Shown here: positions 24,622 through 37,797 of the stretch, in pieces
Position numbering within the stretch: position 1 is the first letter of the stretch
Layout: the number at the start of each line of letters is the position of its first letter
Assembly: GCF_001194135.2 (NCBI RefSeq)
Contig: NC_068981.1
Location: 103,655,894 to 103,719,893, forward strand
Reading direction: 5' to 3'
Source of the DNA: Octopus bimaculoides
Lineage: Eukaryota
DNA length: 64,000 nt
Position numbers and translations under genes: made by a program
Notes under the pieces: generated by a model
Seen by the model: the letters and a program-made list of their open reading frames with translations, nothing else
Told to the model about the DNA's origin: nothing
Database searches by the model: none

Positions 24622-25317
24622 CGAGAGAGAGAGAGAGTGAGAGAGAGAAAGAGTGAGAGGGAGTGAGAGAGAGAGGGGAGATGCTTATTGATATACAAAT
24701 ACATATGTCACAGAGAGGCAAATTGGCTGAGTTGTTTGTACCTAATAGAAATCTTGTGGTATTCTTATATCAGGACAGCCCCACTACAAATTCATCACGA
24801 GTTGTGAGGGCAAAACAATTGATATGCTATACATATGAGCAGTAAAATTAAATGCTTACCCCGTCAGATGATTACTCCAGAGGTGGTTCAATTAAATTAA
24901 TTGCTCACTAATTGAATATTAGTGTAAGAGGTTAAGTATTCTTCACATAGTTACATCGTTAATGTAATTCTCAGACAGAATCTGTGTGTAACAATGCTAC
25001 ATGTTTCATTTACAGGTATAGTCCAAATGACGGGATCCCACAAAGTTTCCATCTGCTGAATTTTACCCACGAAGTTTAAGCCAATTCGAGGTTACGGTGA
25101 AAAAACACACTGGCTCAATATGGCAAACACTAAGATCGAACCCAGGTAGCCATGACTGGGAAGTGGACGTCATAACCGTTCAACTATGCGCAATTGTCCA
25201 TGTATATATGTATGCATAAACATAAGCCCAAACACACAAGCACATACAATCACATACAAACATATATATATATGCATACACACATATGTACATATACACG
25301 CACACATACATACACAC

Positions 25318-25350
<33 letters not shown>

Positions 25351-26271
25351 NNNNNNNNNNNNNNNNNNNNNNNNNNNNNNNNNNNNNNNNNNNNNNNNNN
25401 NNNNNNNNNNNNNNNNNNNNNNNNNNNNNNNNNNNNNNNNNNNNNNNNNNNNNNNNNNNNNNNNNNNNNNNNNNNNNNNNNNNNCTTGTTGGACAAAGTA
25501 TTTAATAGGAGGAATAATTAACGATTGCAACGCATCGCCAAATAAATCCTGGCATAATTATATTCCAACAATCACCTATTTTGATCTCGCAATTATATTG
25601 TCCTCTATCGTCTGATCTTTACATCTTGGGAGGTGAATATTTTTTGTTTTCTTTTTAATAATTCAGTCTTAGTTTTAATTGAATTTTGTTTATTATTTTA
25701 ATAAGTTGTTTATGTTTATATTTATATTTGCTTTCTTTTTAATATCTCAATTAATTTTACGGTTTGCGCCATTTCTTTGTTAACGGAACGGAACTATTTG
25801 ACTTCATATTTTTTTTTTTTAATTTTCTTGTCTTAAGTATATACAAAAAAAGAACGAAGTATTATAACCTTCCTGTATCCATATTACAGTTACGACCTAT
25901 GAAAAGAATATTTGTTATGAAATAATTAAAAGTTATATAAATAAACCAATAATTTACTCCTGTTCTAAATCAAATTTAATGTATTGCGAAAATGGAAAAT
26001 ATTTCTTTAAGTTTCTTCAATGCATTTGAAAATTGTTGGAGAATATATAAATATATTGCCACATCCAGGCTGTTTTTTTAACAAAACATTAAAACAAATT
26101 CAAATTACAATAGGTGGAGAAGTGGCAGTTGTTAGTGCATCGAGCAAAAAGCAGTGCGAGGTTTTTATTCCAGCTTCTTGCCTTCTGGGTTCAAATTCCG
26201 CCAAGAACAACCGAGCCTTTCGTTTTTATGAGGGTCATATAAACAAGGTACCAATCAAAAACTGTGGGTTG

Positions 26272-26521
26272 CAATGGTTCTCAACCATTTTTTGCCTGTG
26301 GACCCTCTCTGATTCCTGTTTTATTCTACTGGATCTCCATAGCCATTCGATGTATAAAGACAAATCCTACTGTATTTTTATAATTAAGTATTATTATGAA
26401 TTGTATAAAACAAATATTTTATGCATTGTAGAAATATAAGCAATTTATTGCAGATAAATTTTAACAACAAAATTTTATATGGACCCCTAAGGGCTATATG
26501 GACCCTGGTTCAGAACCCTTG
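26272..26521. mobile_element. hAT-type (Charlie-like) MITE, decayed
   Basis: TIR caatggttctcaacc / ggttcagaacccttg (13/15) with internal ggaccc motifs. Confidence 0.6.
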
Positions 26522-27799
26522 GGTTAGAGGGAGTGTTAGGGCATTAGACAGAATGCACTTTGGTATTTGTCCTGGATATTGCGGGGGGGGGGCGGTCTGA
26601 GTCTAAATTCAGCCATGGCTTATTTGAGTGTTGGTCTTAATTTATTGCCCAGTTTAACATCATCATCTGACACATTGAGTGCCTTTATCGGAGTACACTT
26701 TCTTGTAAGCAAGGGCAGGTCTTCGGTTTGAGGATACCTTTTCCCCACCAATTTCGGAGACCCTGTAAAGGGCCGTACGGATTGACGTTCCACCTGATTA
26801 AGTGATACATTTCTAGAAGATAGTCAGATGACACCGAACCATGCAATAGCTACGACGGTATTAACATATTTAATATTATGAACTCCCTGCTCAAAATTTA
26901 AATTAATGTCACACCTGTAATTAAAAAGAAAATTAGTTGCATTAACCCTAGTCAAGAAAATCAGGGGAGACGACTCCTTATTTTAAAACGGATTAAATAT
27001 TGACTGGGGTAGGCAAGTTGTGTGTAATGAATCTGATCTCTGGTGCGTACAGTGACAAATACAGATATGTTTCGTTCTTATTGAGCCTCCTCAGCGAAGT
27101 AGTCTTACTCGTATTCATAATACTTTGGAATGACTAACAGGATAGACAGGTTAAGTGTAAAGGCATTCTCTGGTTAGGAAATTTAAAATAATGACATGAT
27201 AAAACTTCTTGGACATGTTTTCCTGATCTTGACAGTTTTTGTTACATATGTGGTGAGATGATAGAATCTTTCGAGCATTTGATAGAATCCTAAGCAGAAT
27301 TCGTTCTGGGTGTTCGCGCTCTAAGTCTAAATCCCACCGAGGTCAGCTTTAGCTTTCATCCTTTCAGAGTCGATAAATAAAGAATAAATCCTGTACTAGA
27401 TCTGTTTCTTCTTTTCCTATTTTTAAAAAGAAAAAAAGCCAAAATTAAGAACAATAACATCTATAAAATCGAAGATCAAGAAGTATAAGGCTCTTTCGGC
27501 TTTGAGTGGTTTCATATTTCGAGATCTAAAGTCTTTCATTCCATCTTGACTTTCACCCAAAAAATAACAGTCTACAGAATTAGAGAGAACTTTGTCATGA
27601 GTCACTATGTAGTTAATTGACTTGCTAGAAATAGCGGCCATATTTCAATCCTATTACACACAAAATCATGAAAATAAAAGAAAAGTCATAAGATCATGTG
27701 GTCCTAGATATAAACAAAGGACGAGATGGTCGCAGTTAAAATAGTTTGATTATATGTCTACTGGATGTGGGTTAAGCTGAGATTAACACAACTTATATT

Positions 27800-27884
27800 G
27801 TTGCTGCTGCTGCTACTACTACAACTACTAATGCATTTCTGCCGCTGCTGCTGCTGCCGTTGCTAATACTGTTGCTGCTGCTTG

Positions 27885-27918
<34 letters not shown>

Positions 27919-27968
27919 CACCACCACCACTACTACTACTGCGACGACGACGACGACGACGACAACAA
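27800..27968. repeat. Compound trinucleotide repeat (GCT/ACT/ACC/GAC/AAC)
   Basis: Direct runs that shift by single-base changes. Confidence 0.9.
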
Positions 27969-28381
27969 CGTTTTATCAACGTTCTAGACGTGAATATCTC
28001 GACTTATTGCAATTAAGGATTTAAAACAAGAGATCTGTATTTTTAAACCTTAATTTGTTTGTTGGAAGAGTTTTCGACTACACAAAAGATTCTTGACTGA
28101 TCATTTTTTCTTTTTTTTCTTTTTTCAAAGTTTTTTTTACTCAATGTTTGNNNNNNNNNNNNNNNNNNNNNNNNNNNNNNNNNNNNNNNNNNNNNNNNNN
28201 NNNNNNNNNNNNNNNNNNNNNNNNNNNNNNNNNNNNNNNNNNNNNNNNNNNNNNNNNNNNNNNNNNNNNNNNNNNNNNNNNNNNNNNNNNNNNNNNNNNN
28301 NNNNNNNNNNNNNNNNNNNNNNNNNNNNNNNNNNNNNNNNNNNNNNNNNNNNNNNNNNNNNNNNNNNNNNNNNNNNNNNNN

Positions 28382-28429
<48 letters not shown>

Positions 28430-28639
28430 GAGAGAGAGAAATTATAATACTAATGTAAATGGGAAATAAATTCTAAACATTTCGGCTGATATTTTATATA
28501 TTTGGTCATTCCACAACTTCCGTATTGAATATTGAAATCACTGTCTTGCACGTATGTTTTATTTGTGTTTGGGTTGTGTACGGACCGTTTTTCCATCTTT
28601 CTCTTTTTTTTTTTCCGTTTTACATGTAACAGTTAATGT

Positions 28640-29150
28640 GTGGCTGCTATGTAAACCATGGCTGCCGTTTGTTTCCGGTGTGTTGCTTGTTTAAAGACGG
28701 ATATTTTATTTGCATTGAGATGATTTGTGTTATTTTCCTTTGGTTCATGATTGTATCGTTATCATTTCATTTTATTTTTCTTTGCCTCATTTTAAGTAGG
28801 ATTTTGGAATTATTTTCTAAGCTATTTCTATCTTGTTTGCATTTGCAGCGGATTCTTGTGTGTTTGTACCAGCCTTCATTTTAGGTATGCAGTTGTTTTA
28901 CGACAGTTAGTTGTGATTAGGTTAGGGGTGAAATAGAAATTGTGTATGTTTTACGTAGGTTGAAGTCGAGACTGTGATTGACTATGTAACTGGGTAGAAA
29001 TTTGATTGGCAAGCGAGCAGCTTGGCAAATAGCTAAGTTATCGGTAGATAAGTATTTGGAGAGGTGGCAAACGTAGAGAGGTAATGAAGTGAATTGGTGG
29101 ATTGGTTTATAAAACAGGGAGTAGACAGCTTGACAGACAGCATGAAACAC
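28640..29150 (-). mobile_element. Highly decayed LINE reverse-transcriptase remnant
   Basis: KYLSTDNLAIC resembles the (F/Y)ADDLAI motif; NHSLDFNLRKT resembles W..L..N..KT; no intact frame. Confidence 0.35.
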
Positions 29151-29174
29151 ATAGACAATACAAAACCATAGCCG

Positions 29175-29465
29175 TCATTAGCAAGCGAGTATGACTTGTA
29201 CCATATCTGTGCTAATTGTGTAATGATGAACGAGCATGGACACCCTCCCGGCACTTCCACCCTTGACCCAGCGGAAATCCACGCTGTGACAATTAGAGGG
29301 AGTGGTGATTGCACCAACATGCTGCTGGTATTCATTACAGCTGAGTAGATTAGGGTAATGGGAAATAAAGAACATGCTCAAGGATATAATACCCGGTCAA
29401 TGAATCGAACCCATAAGCTTACGATTGTGAGCTCAACATTCTAACCACTAGCAACTATGGCTTCG
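29175..29465 (-). mobile_element. tRNA-derived SINE (family C-like), decayed
   Basis: Minus-strand ttgctagtggttagaatgttgagctcacaatcgtaag..gggttcgattc head, then tatccttgagcatg. Confidence 0.65.
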
Positions 29466-29619
29466 CAACACAAAACAACCAAAAATAAATCCAACAACAC
29501 GCAGCGCAAATCAACAAGGAAGCTTATAGGTTGTCGCTCTACCAGCTAGAAATAAGAACCAAATCTCTTTCAAATCACGCACTCTACTGTCTAAAGTGAA
29601 GTCATCTTCGATTACGTAT

Positions 29620-29945
29620 ATTTCTCTTACTCGTTTTGGTCATTGGACTGTGGTCATGCTAGAGCACCGCCTTGAAGGATTTAGTCGAAAAAAGTCGACT
29701 ACATTACCCATTCTATCATTTTCTTTTGCTAAACCACTAAATAACGGGGACATATCTGTCGCCCCACCGCTTGACAACCAATGTTGGTTTGTTTACATCC
29801 CCGAAGCTTAGTGGCTCCGTATAAGACCGATAGAATAAACATCAGACTTAAACACAAAACATAAGTATTGTATTTGTTTGACTAAAACTCTTGAAGGTGT
29901 GCTCCAGCATGGTCACGCTCCATTGGCTGAAATAATTAAAAGATA
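29620..29945. mobile_element. Two family A SINE 3' parts in inverted orientation
   Basis: 29620-29750 is a minus-strand tail (ggtcatgctagagcaccgcc); 29755-29945 is a plus-strand tail (ggtgtgctccagcatggtcac). Confidence 0.7.
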
Positions 29946-30433
29946 AAAAAAACATTATTGGTGGAGACGGAGTCATGTGGTTAGGAATTCCACTTTGCAT
30001 TTACGAGGTTTCTAGCTCGAATCCACTGCGTGGTATTTTGGAGAAGTGTCTTCTAGTGTACTCTGAGGTTCATTGATATCTAGTAAAATGTATTTGGTGA
30101 AGATTCGCATCAACTGTGTGCGTATATAATGGTGTGAATGTGTACCGGCTTACGAACTTGCATTATGACCCAAAATGTAAATTAGCGATTCTATGAAATA
30201 CATACAACTGTCAACATGATCGACGAAAGAGAACAAAAACTTTTAAGATGTTACTCCGCCATGGCCGCAGTCCAATAACAGAAAGCATTAGAAGAATAAA
30301 AGACAAAGAAATTGATGAGTACGTGTGAGAATTTGTGTGTGTGTGTGTGTATGTGTGTGTTTGTATACACACACACGCACACACACACATATGTACGTGT
30401 GTGTATATATATAAAAATACATATACACACAAG

Positions 30434-30472
<39 letters not shown>

Positions 30473-30929
30473 CACACACATACACACACAAAATAGGAGA
30501 GAGAAAATGAATGAGTACGTTGGTACAGACGAGCAGACATGTCGGTTAAGAGAGTAATGTGAATCAAAGGGATGGTGTTACTTACAACAGCCAGCTGTTA
30601 TAACCACACAGAGACACACGCACACATATGCACATCATCATCATCATACTCAACATCGACCGTGTAATAATTGTAAGGAAAAATATTCAATCCCCACTAC
30701 AAGACCCTTGAAATCCCTAATTACTCCAAGATAAACAAAGAGGGCGCGGCAGAACAGTCTAAAGAATGGTGAACACCGAACAAGAAGCATGAATCATGCA
30801 TACTACATATATACTGCAAACAAAGAAATATAAAAAGAAAAGTCTGCTCACTCGAACCTCACTTGGAACTAAAAGAACACCTGGCTTTATTACCAGCGCC
30901 AACATAATCTTCCATCCGTTCATCTTCTC

Positions 30930-31300
30930 TACCCCCTATTCCTAAGAAGGTCGTTGGGCTAGAGGCCTCAGGGACCTCCTCAATAGAGTCCTATTAAAAG
31001 CAACCGTTTTTGGACTTTCCCGTTGGATTCCCAAGGGTGATGACCTCCTGAGATTATGAATATTATTCATCCATCTCGTTCTTGGTCTACCCCTAAGGCT
31101 ATTGCTTGTTGGCTCGGTCTGAAGAATCCGTCATGTGATTCTTTGATTCTTTTCTGCCACATTCTAATCACATATACCTCATCTTTGTTAATACAATTAC
31201 CGCAACTACATAAATTATCACAACCACAATAATTAACCCTAACAACAACTCTGAGACACAATGTAGGACACCATTATAGTCGATTGTTTTTCTTCAGAAG
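30930..31300 (-). mobile_element. RTE-like LINE 3' remnant
   Basis: Minus-strand GRPRTRWMNNIHNL..LGI...VAFNRTLLRRSLRPLAQRP; same family as 36375-36640. Confidence 0.65.
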
Positions 31301-31499
31301 TAACAGTAGAATCTCCTCCAAAGAACATATCAGATAATGTAAAACGGTAAAGATAACGACAGAATATTGTAGCTCACTGTTGGATAGATCATTCTGAAAG
31401 CTTTTGGACGTATACGTATGACCAACTGACGTTATTGCGCTATACTAACACTAACAAGGTACTCTACCAGTCTTTGGTCTCTTCTATATATCATGCATA

Positions 31500-31875
31500 T
31501 ATATATATATATATATATATATACGATAGGTTTCTTTCAGTTACCATCTAGTAGAAAACACTGACCCAAGGCGCCACGCAGTGAGACTGAACCCGGAACC
31601 ATGTGGTTGAGAAGCAAGCTTCTTATTTCTTTATTGTTTCTTTATTGCCCACAAGGGACTAAACACAGAGGGGACAAACAAGGACAGACAAACGGATTAA
31701 GTCGATTTTATCGACCCCAGTGCGTAACTGGTACTTATTTAATCGACCCCGAAAGGATGAAAGGCAAAGTCGACCTCGGCGGAATTTGAACTCAGAACGT
31801 AGCGACAGACGAAATACCACTAAGCATTTCACCCGGCGTGCTAACGATTCTGCAAGCTTCTTACCACACAGCCAC
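31500..31875 (-). mobile_element. Family A SINE 5' half interrupted by a nested family B SINE
   Basis: Host sequence ...ggttgagaagcaagcttctta|ccacacagccac is split by the insertion. Confidence 0.85.
31626..31851 (-). mobile_element. Young family B SINE with a 12-bp target-site duplication
   Basis: TSD gcaagcttctta at 31614-31625 and 31852-31863; (AATAAAGAAAT)-type tail. Confidence 0.92.
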
Positions 31876-32412
31876 NNNNNNNNNNNNNNNNNNNNNNNNN
31901 NNNNNNNNNNNNNNNNNNNNNNNNNNNNNNNNNNNNNNNNNNNNNNNNNNNNNNNNNNNNNNNNNNNNNNNNNNNNNNNNNNNNNNNNNNNNNNNNNNNN
32001 NNNNNNNNNNNNNNNNNNNNNNNNNNNNNNNNNNNNNNNNNNNNNNNNNNNNNNNNNNNNNNNNNNNNNNNNNNNNNNNNNNNNNNNNNNNNNNNNNNNN
32101 NNNNNNNNNNNNNNNNNNNNNNNNNNNNNNNNNNNNNNNNNNNNNNNNNNNNNNNNNNNNNNNNNNNNNNNNNNNNNNNNNNNNNNNNNNNNNNNNNNNN
32201 NNNNNNNNNNNNNNNNNNNNNNNNNNNNNNNNNNNNNNNNNNNNNNNNNNNNNNNNNNNNNNNNNNNNNNNNNNNNNNNNNNNNNNNNNNNNNNNNNNNN
32301 NNNNNNNNNNNNNNNNNNNNNNNNNNNNNNNNNNNNNNNNNNNNNNNNNNNNNNNNNNNNNNNNNNNNNNNNNNNNNNNNNNNNNNNNNNNNNNNNNNNN
32401 NNNNNNNNNNNN

Positions 32413-32445
<33 letters not shown>

Positions 32446-33225
32446 CATACATATGCATACACACACATGTATATATATGTGTAAGTGTGATGTAATAGAG
32501 ATAGAGACAGAGACACAGAGGGACAGAGAAAGAGAGAGAGAACAGGAGATAGTGAAAGAGAGTGGAACACTACATATTCTTCCATTAGTGATCAGTGCGC
32601 CATTTTCAATGAACAGCAGGACCACATTCTGTGAGTGATAGTAACGAAATTTAATAATAGTTATGGAGTTGGTGCTAACAATACCAACGCAAGATCGTAA
32701 TCGCTTCCATAAAAATATTAAAACTATAGATGGCGCTAATGACGATATTAGATACACATCTACTAGATTGTCAAAATGTCCGTTTTCTTTATTGATCACA
32801 TTCTCTCGAGTCATGCAGTTTTCCATCTTTTCTTACTTTCTTATTTTATTGCATTTTATTTTTAGCATTTATTTATTTATTATGTTTTTATTATCAACAA
32901 CTTCCAACCCCCGCCCCTCGGAACTAAAGCCTCTGCTTTGCTACTTTTCATTTTCAATCCAACTAAATATGTAAATGTGTATATACTCACACATACACGC
33001 ACATAAATAAGTACGTACATGTGTGTGTATGTATGTATGTATGTATGTATGTATGTATGTACGCATTTATGTATGCATGTATGTATGTATAATACCCATT
33101 TTCACTCATTGCCAATATATATTGGCTATTTTACACACACACACACACACATACATATGCATATTCATTTCTATATAATTGTGTAGCACCTTCTCTCTCT
33201 GTCCGTCTGTCTGTGTGTGTGTATG

Positions 33226-33267
<42 letters not shown>

Positions 33268-33537
33268 NNNNNNNNNNNNNNNNNNNNNNNNNNNNNNNNN
33301 NNNNNNNNNNNNNNNNNNNNNNNNNNNNNNNNNNNNNNNNNNNNNNNNNNNNNNNNNNNNNNNNNNNNNNNNNNNNNNNNNNNNNNNNNNNNNNNNNNNN
33401 NNNNNNNNNNNNNNNNNNNNNNNNNNNNNNNNNNNNNNNNNNNNNNNNNNNNNNNNNNNNNNNNNNNNNNNNNNNNNNNNNNNNNNNNNNNNNNNNNNNN
33501 NNNNNNNNNNNNNNNNNNNNNNNNNNNNNNNNNNNNN

Positions 33538-33582
<45 letters not shown>

Positions 33583-34429
33583 TAAATAACGAGGCTGTTG
33601 CTCTGCTGATTGATTGCTATGTCAGGAAATTACTTTCTTATATACATAATTCACACTTGCACGTAGACGCATACACATGTATATACGCATATACATCTAC
33701 GTATTCATGTATGTATTTTCATATAAGTCCGTGCACATACACACACACACAAACACACACTACAATATATATGTGCATATTTTTAGTAATATATTCATAC
33801 GCGGTTAAACACTATCTACACAAATCTACATACGCATAATTATAAAGTATGTATTTGCATATAGAAACGCACGTACGCGTATAAATTTGATGCTTTAAAC
33901 GCTTTCAAAACTGACAATAATATTATAGTTTTTAAGAGCCTCGGTTTGAAGTGGTATGTCAATAAACTTACTTTAAAATATACAGAATATTCGCAATAAC
34001 AAATCTCATCGACATAATAGCCATGACATCTTTCCAACACGGACGCACATTCTGAGCTTGTGAATGTGCGTCTTATACATGGCTCTGTGTATCTGTTTAT
34101 CTATTTCACACTGATCTTGACTACGTCTTTGTATATGTGTAACTTTTATTCTAATTTTGTTTCTTCTCTATGTCTCTTTAAAATTTTTTTCTTAATTTTC
34201 TTCTTTCTACTATATTATATATTCCTGTTTGAGAAGTGTATGACAGAATTTTGTTGGGGGCCGTTGGAAGCGCTTTTAGAATAAATGTTGCGACTTTATG
34301 TTGTGATTTCAAATCCTACCATACACAAGTTTGCTTTTTTATTCTGTTGATAGATCGATAAAATAAGAAACGATCAAATACTGGTGTCGACTACATTAAC
34401 TACACCTCTGCCATTAAGTCCATGGACTT

Positions 34430-34697
34430 TCGATACTCTCTTTACTCTTTTACTCTTTTACTTGTTTCAGTCATTTGACTGCGGCCATGCTGGGGCACCG
34501 CCTTTTAGTCGAGCAAATCGACCCTAGTACTTATTCTATCGGTCTCTTTTTGCCGAACCGCTATGTTACAGGGACGTAAACACACCAGCCTCGGTTGTCA
34601 AGCGAAGTTGGGGGGGACAAACACAGACACACAAACATATACACACATACATATAGATAGATAGATAGATAGATACATACATACATACATACATACA

Positions 34698-34733
<36 letters not shown>

Positions 34734-34885
34734 CGACGGGCTTCCTCCAGTTTCCGTCAACCAAATCCACTCACAAGGCTTTGGTCGGCCCGAGGCTATA
34801 GTAGAAGACACTTGCCCAAGGTGCCACGCAGTGGGACTGAACGCAGAACCATGTGGTTGGTAAGCAAGCTACTTACCACACAGCC
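34430..34885 (-). mobile_element. Family A SINE, full length, young
   Basis: Complete head, core, (TATG/TATC)n tract and tail; nearly identical to 765-1162. Confidence 0.92.
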
Positions 34886-35269
34886 TACATTTTAAGGTAG
34901 TATTACGATGCTAGTACTAACGAGACAAGTCAATGAAAAGGTCACAGATGTGTGCCGAAAGACTTTGACAAACCAATTGATAGTTTAATTATTTAAACAG
35001 AAGTGAACTGCAATCAATACAAGTATTCTTATTCGCTGAACGGCCTTCCTATGTACATAAATATTCTTTAACAATCTTTAGAGAGACCGTTGAATAACAA
35101 AATCATTTTCTGTATACAGATGTCCCGCCAAGTTCAATTTTTTCCTTTTATCGTTCTTGGGTTCGCAGAATACGTACTGTGAATAATGTAATCGAATATC
35201 CTTTCCACAAATATTTCACTTCCCTGACATTATTAGATATTATGATCATGCTTTAGTGCAAAAGATATA

Positions 35270-35400
35270 CAGTAATACCTCACTTTACAAGGACCCGTTT
35301 TACGAGACCCAGGCTTTACTAGTTTTATTTTCTGTTTACGAGTTTTTACTTTACGAGCGTTCTCCGGGAACGAATTAATTCGTATACCGAGGCATTACTG
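35270..35400. mobile_element. Tigger/pogo-like MITE (131 bp)
   Basis: TA|cagtaatacctc ... gaggcattactg|TA: imperfect TIRs with TA duplication. Confidence 0.8.
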
Positions 35401-35533
35401 TACTTTCAGTTAACTAAGTTTGCAAGTCAATTTCGATTTTCATTTAAAGTTCACCCATCGACGAAACGAAAAGGTGGACAACACGGAATTTCATTTGTCA
35501 TAGTCTTCAAATTGGACTTCTTATTTTTTAAAC

Positions 35534-35663
35534 TAGGCATGGGCAAACTGCGGCCCATGAGACTTTCTGAACGACATGCTTCACGAAAATTGCCTTGAAT
35601 CTTTTTAATACACTTCGCCATGTCTCATGTGACCCGTTTCTCGAAAAAGCTGGCCCATACCTG
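35534..35663. mobile_element. hAT (Charlie/Buster-like) MITE (130 bp)
   Basis: TIR taggcatgggcaaact / agctggcccatacctg; flanks ttttaaac / ctttaaag (6/8 match, central TA). Confidence 0.7.
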
Positions 35664-35735
35664 CTTTAAAGACATTTTACAATGTTTCTCTGACCAACAG
35701 CCAATCTTTTTCTGTCCCTGTATTACGTACTTATT

Positions 35736-35801
<66 letters not shown>

Positions 35802-36374
35802 TCTCTCCCTCTTTCTTTCTTTCTTTTTTCATTCATTCTTTCTTTCTCCTTTTCTCTATTTATCTCTCTTTGTCTTTATCTCTCTCTCTCTCCTTATCTC
35901 TTTCTCTCTTTATCTCTCTTTTTCCTTCTCTCTCTCTAACTTTCCCCTCTTCTATCTCTCTCCCTCTCTCTCTCTCTCTCTATATATATATATCTTTCTT
36001 TGTATTTTAAGTAGAAATGAACACTCAGTCTCTTTCCTCCTTTTTTTCACACACACTTGCTCGCAGATGTGGCCGAGTTGTTAAAAAGTTTATCTCACAT
36101 TTTACAGGTCGAAAATGACTTGCACATTTTGTTAGCTGAAAGTACATCTTGGACAGATTCTTGAAGAATTTCAAGAAATTCATGAGATAAATGTATGTCG
36201 TAACCGTCTGTTTTTACGTCGTTATGATGTTGTCAGGTCCTTTTGTGAATCTATGCATGCGTGTATTGATATGTAAGATTATGGCTCGCAGCGAGTTATG
36301 CAGTTTATATGCCTTAATAGTAACACAAATGTACGCTGGCTTATAGGAGATACGTCCTGTTTTAACTTTCATTG

Positions 36375-36640
36375 CGTCTCATCTTCTTCGCCTACATATT
36401 CTGAGGGTCATGGAGGAAGAGACCTCAGGCACACTTTCCATCGGGTGCTGTCAGAAGCAACCGTCTCCAATTGATCCGACAGGATCCCCAAGCGGGATCA
36501 ACCGAGCCCAGGGACGGTTATCCAACCATCTTGTTTGCCATCTACCCACCGCTCTCCTGCCGCTTGGTTTTGCCCATAATACCTACCAAGCAGGTCGGAG
36601 AAAGTACCAAATTGGTGACTGGCATGAATAAATTCAGTTA
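36375..36640 (-). mobile_element. RTE-like LINE 3' remnant
   Basis: SGRRAVGRWQTRWLDN..W.RL.GILSDQLETVASDSTRWKVCLRSLPP. Confidence 0.65.
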
Positions 36641-37139
36641 ATTTTAAGCTGAACGGTGTTATCTGGGCTATGAATTTGTTATTTTCATGTTATGTTAGTC
36701 CTTATCCACAATAACAGCTATTATCATTTTTATCAATACAATAGTTTCGTTATTTTTTCATTTCTTGTATGGCTAGCTTGAAGTTCATATTAAGTATGAT
36801 TTTTATTGTGTTACTGTTGTTGCTTATTGGCTTCGCACAAATAAGTCTTCCACAATTTGTATAATACCTTTACAACTAAGGATCTCAAAGGACTGATATA
36901 GTAATACAAGTTCAACCTTTATCTATATATTTTTGAAGTATTTCCGTTTGAGGTGGAAGGTGGTTCCAAAATTCAAGAGTGCATTTTCATTGTGTGAGAT
37001 TAAGAAATTCCTCATCATTTGTAGGCAGCAATATTCTACCATTGCAGAGTTTATTAAGATTCTATGTATTCCATTATATTGTTCTTTATACTTCGTGCGA
37101 GCGAAGACTGAATATCCCAAATAGCTGAGAAACTATTTC

Positions 37140-37570
37140 AAAGTAATCTTCCATTAGCTACTACACTTACTCTATTTTTCTTGTTTTTTTTTTTTTTTGC
37201 AGAGGAATTTTGCGGGTAATTTTTCTATTTCCAGAGCCACTGTGTCTATTTGCCGTTTAGTCAGCTTTTTACTGCAAATCTTCTGTAAAATATTTTTTTG
37301 CTGTTTTTGCTGTTTTGTCATGTAAGTTTATATTTGTGTAATTAAGATATAGCTTGCCTCTCCAGTATGTTATATTAAAAATATGACTATGTTCAAGGTT
37401 GACCATTTTATTAAGGATTTTTCATATTTCCAAATAAGTCTTTTATGTTTGGTGTGGAACAATAATGTTCTTACATTCATTAGTGTTCGAGACCAACACA
37501 GTCTCACTTTCAAATTAAACTGTAATAATGGTGTATAGTCTGCGTATTCTGGGATAAAACTCAAAGTCTT
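37140..37570 (-). mobile_element. Possible Penelope-like element ORF N-terminal remnant
   Basis: KRLIWKYEKSLIK loosely resembles the R.YEK...KL N-terminal region of Penelope-like ORFs; no RT or GIY-YIG motif confirmed. Confidence 0.25.
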
Positions 37571-37574
37571 GAGG

Positions 37575-37797
37575 ATAATATTAGGTTTAAATTTTGGCAC
37601 AAGGTCAGCAATTTTGGAGGCAGAAGTAAGTCGATTACATCGACTCCGGTGCTCAACTGGTACTTATTTTATCGACTCCGAAAGGATAAAAGGCAAAGTC
37701 GGCCCTGGCGGAATTTCAAACCAGAATATAAAGACGAACAAAATGCTACTAAGCACTTTGTCCGGCGTGCAAAGGATTCTGCCAGCTCACCGGCTTA
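37575..37797 (-). mobile_element. Family B SINE
   Basis: ggtacttattttatcgactccgaaaggataaaaggcaaagtcggccctggcggaatttc...ggattctgccagctcac. Confidence 0.88.
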
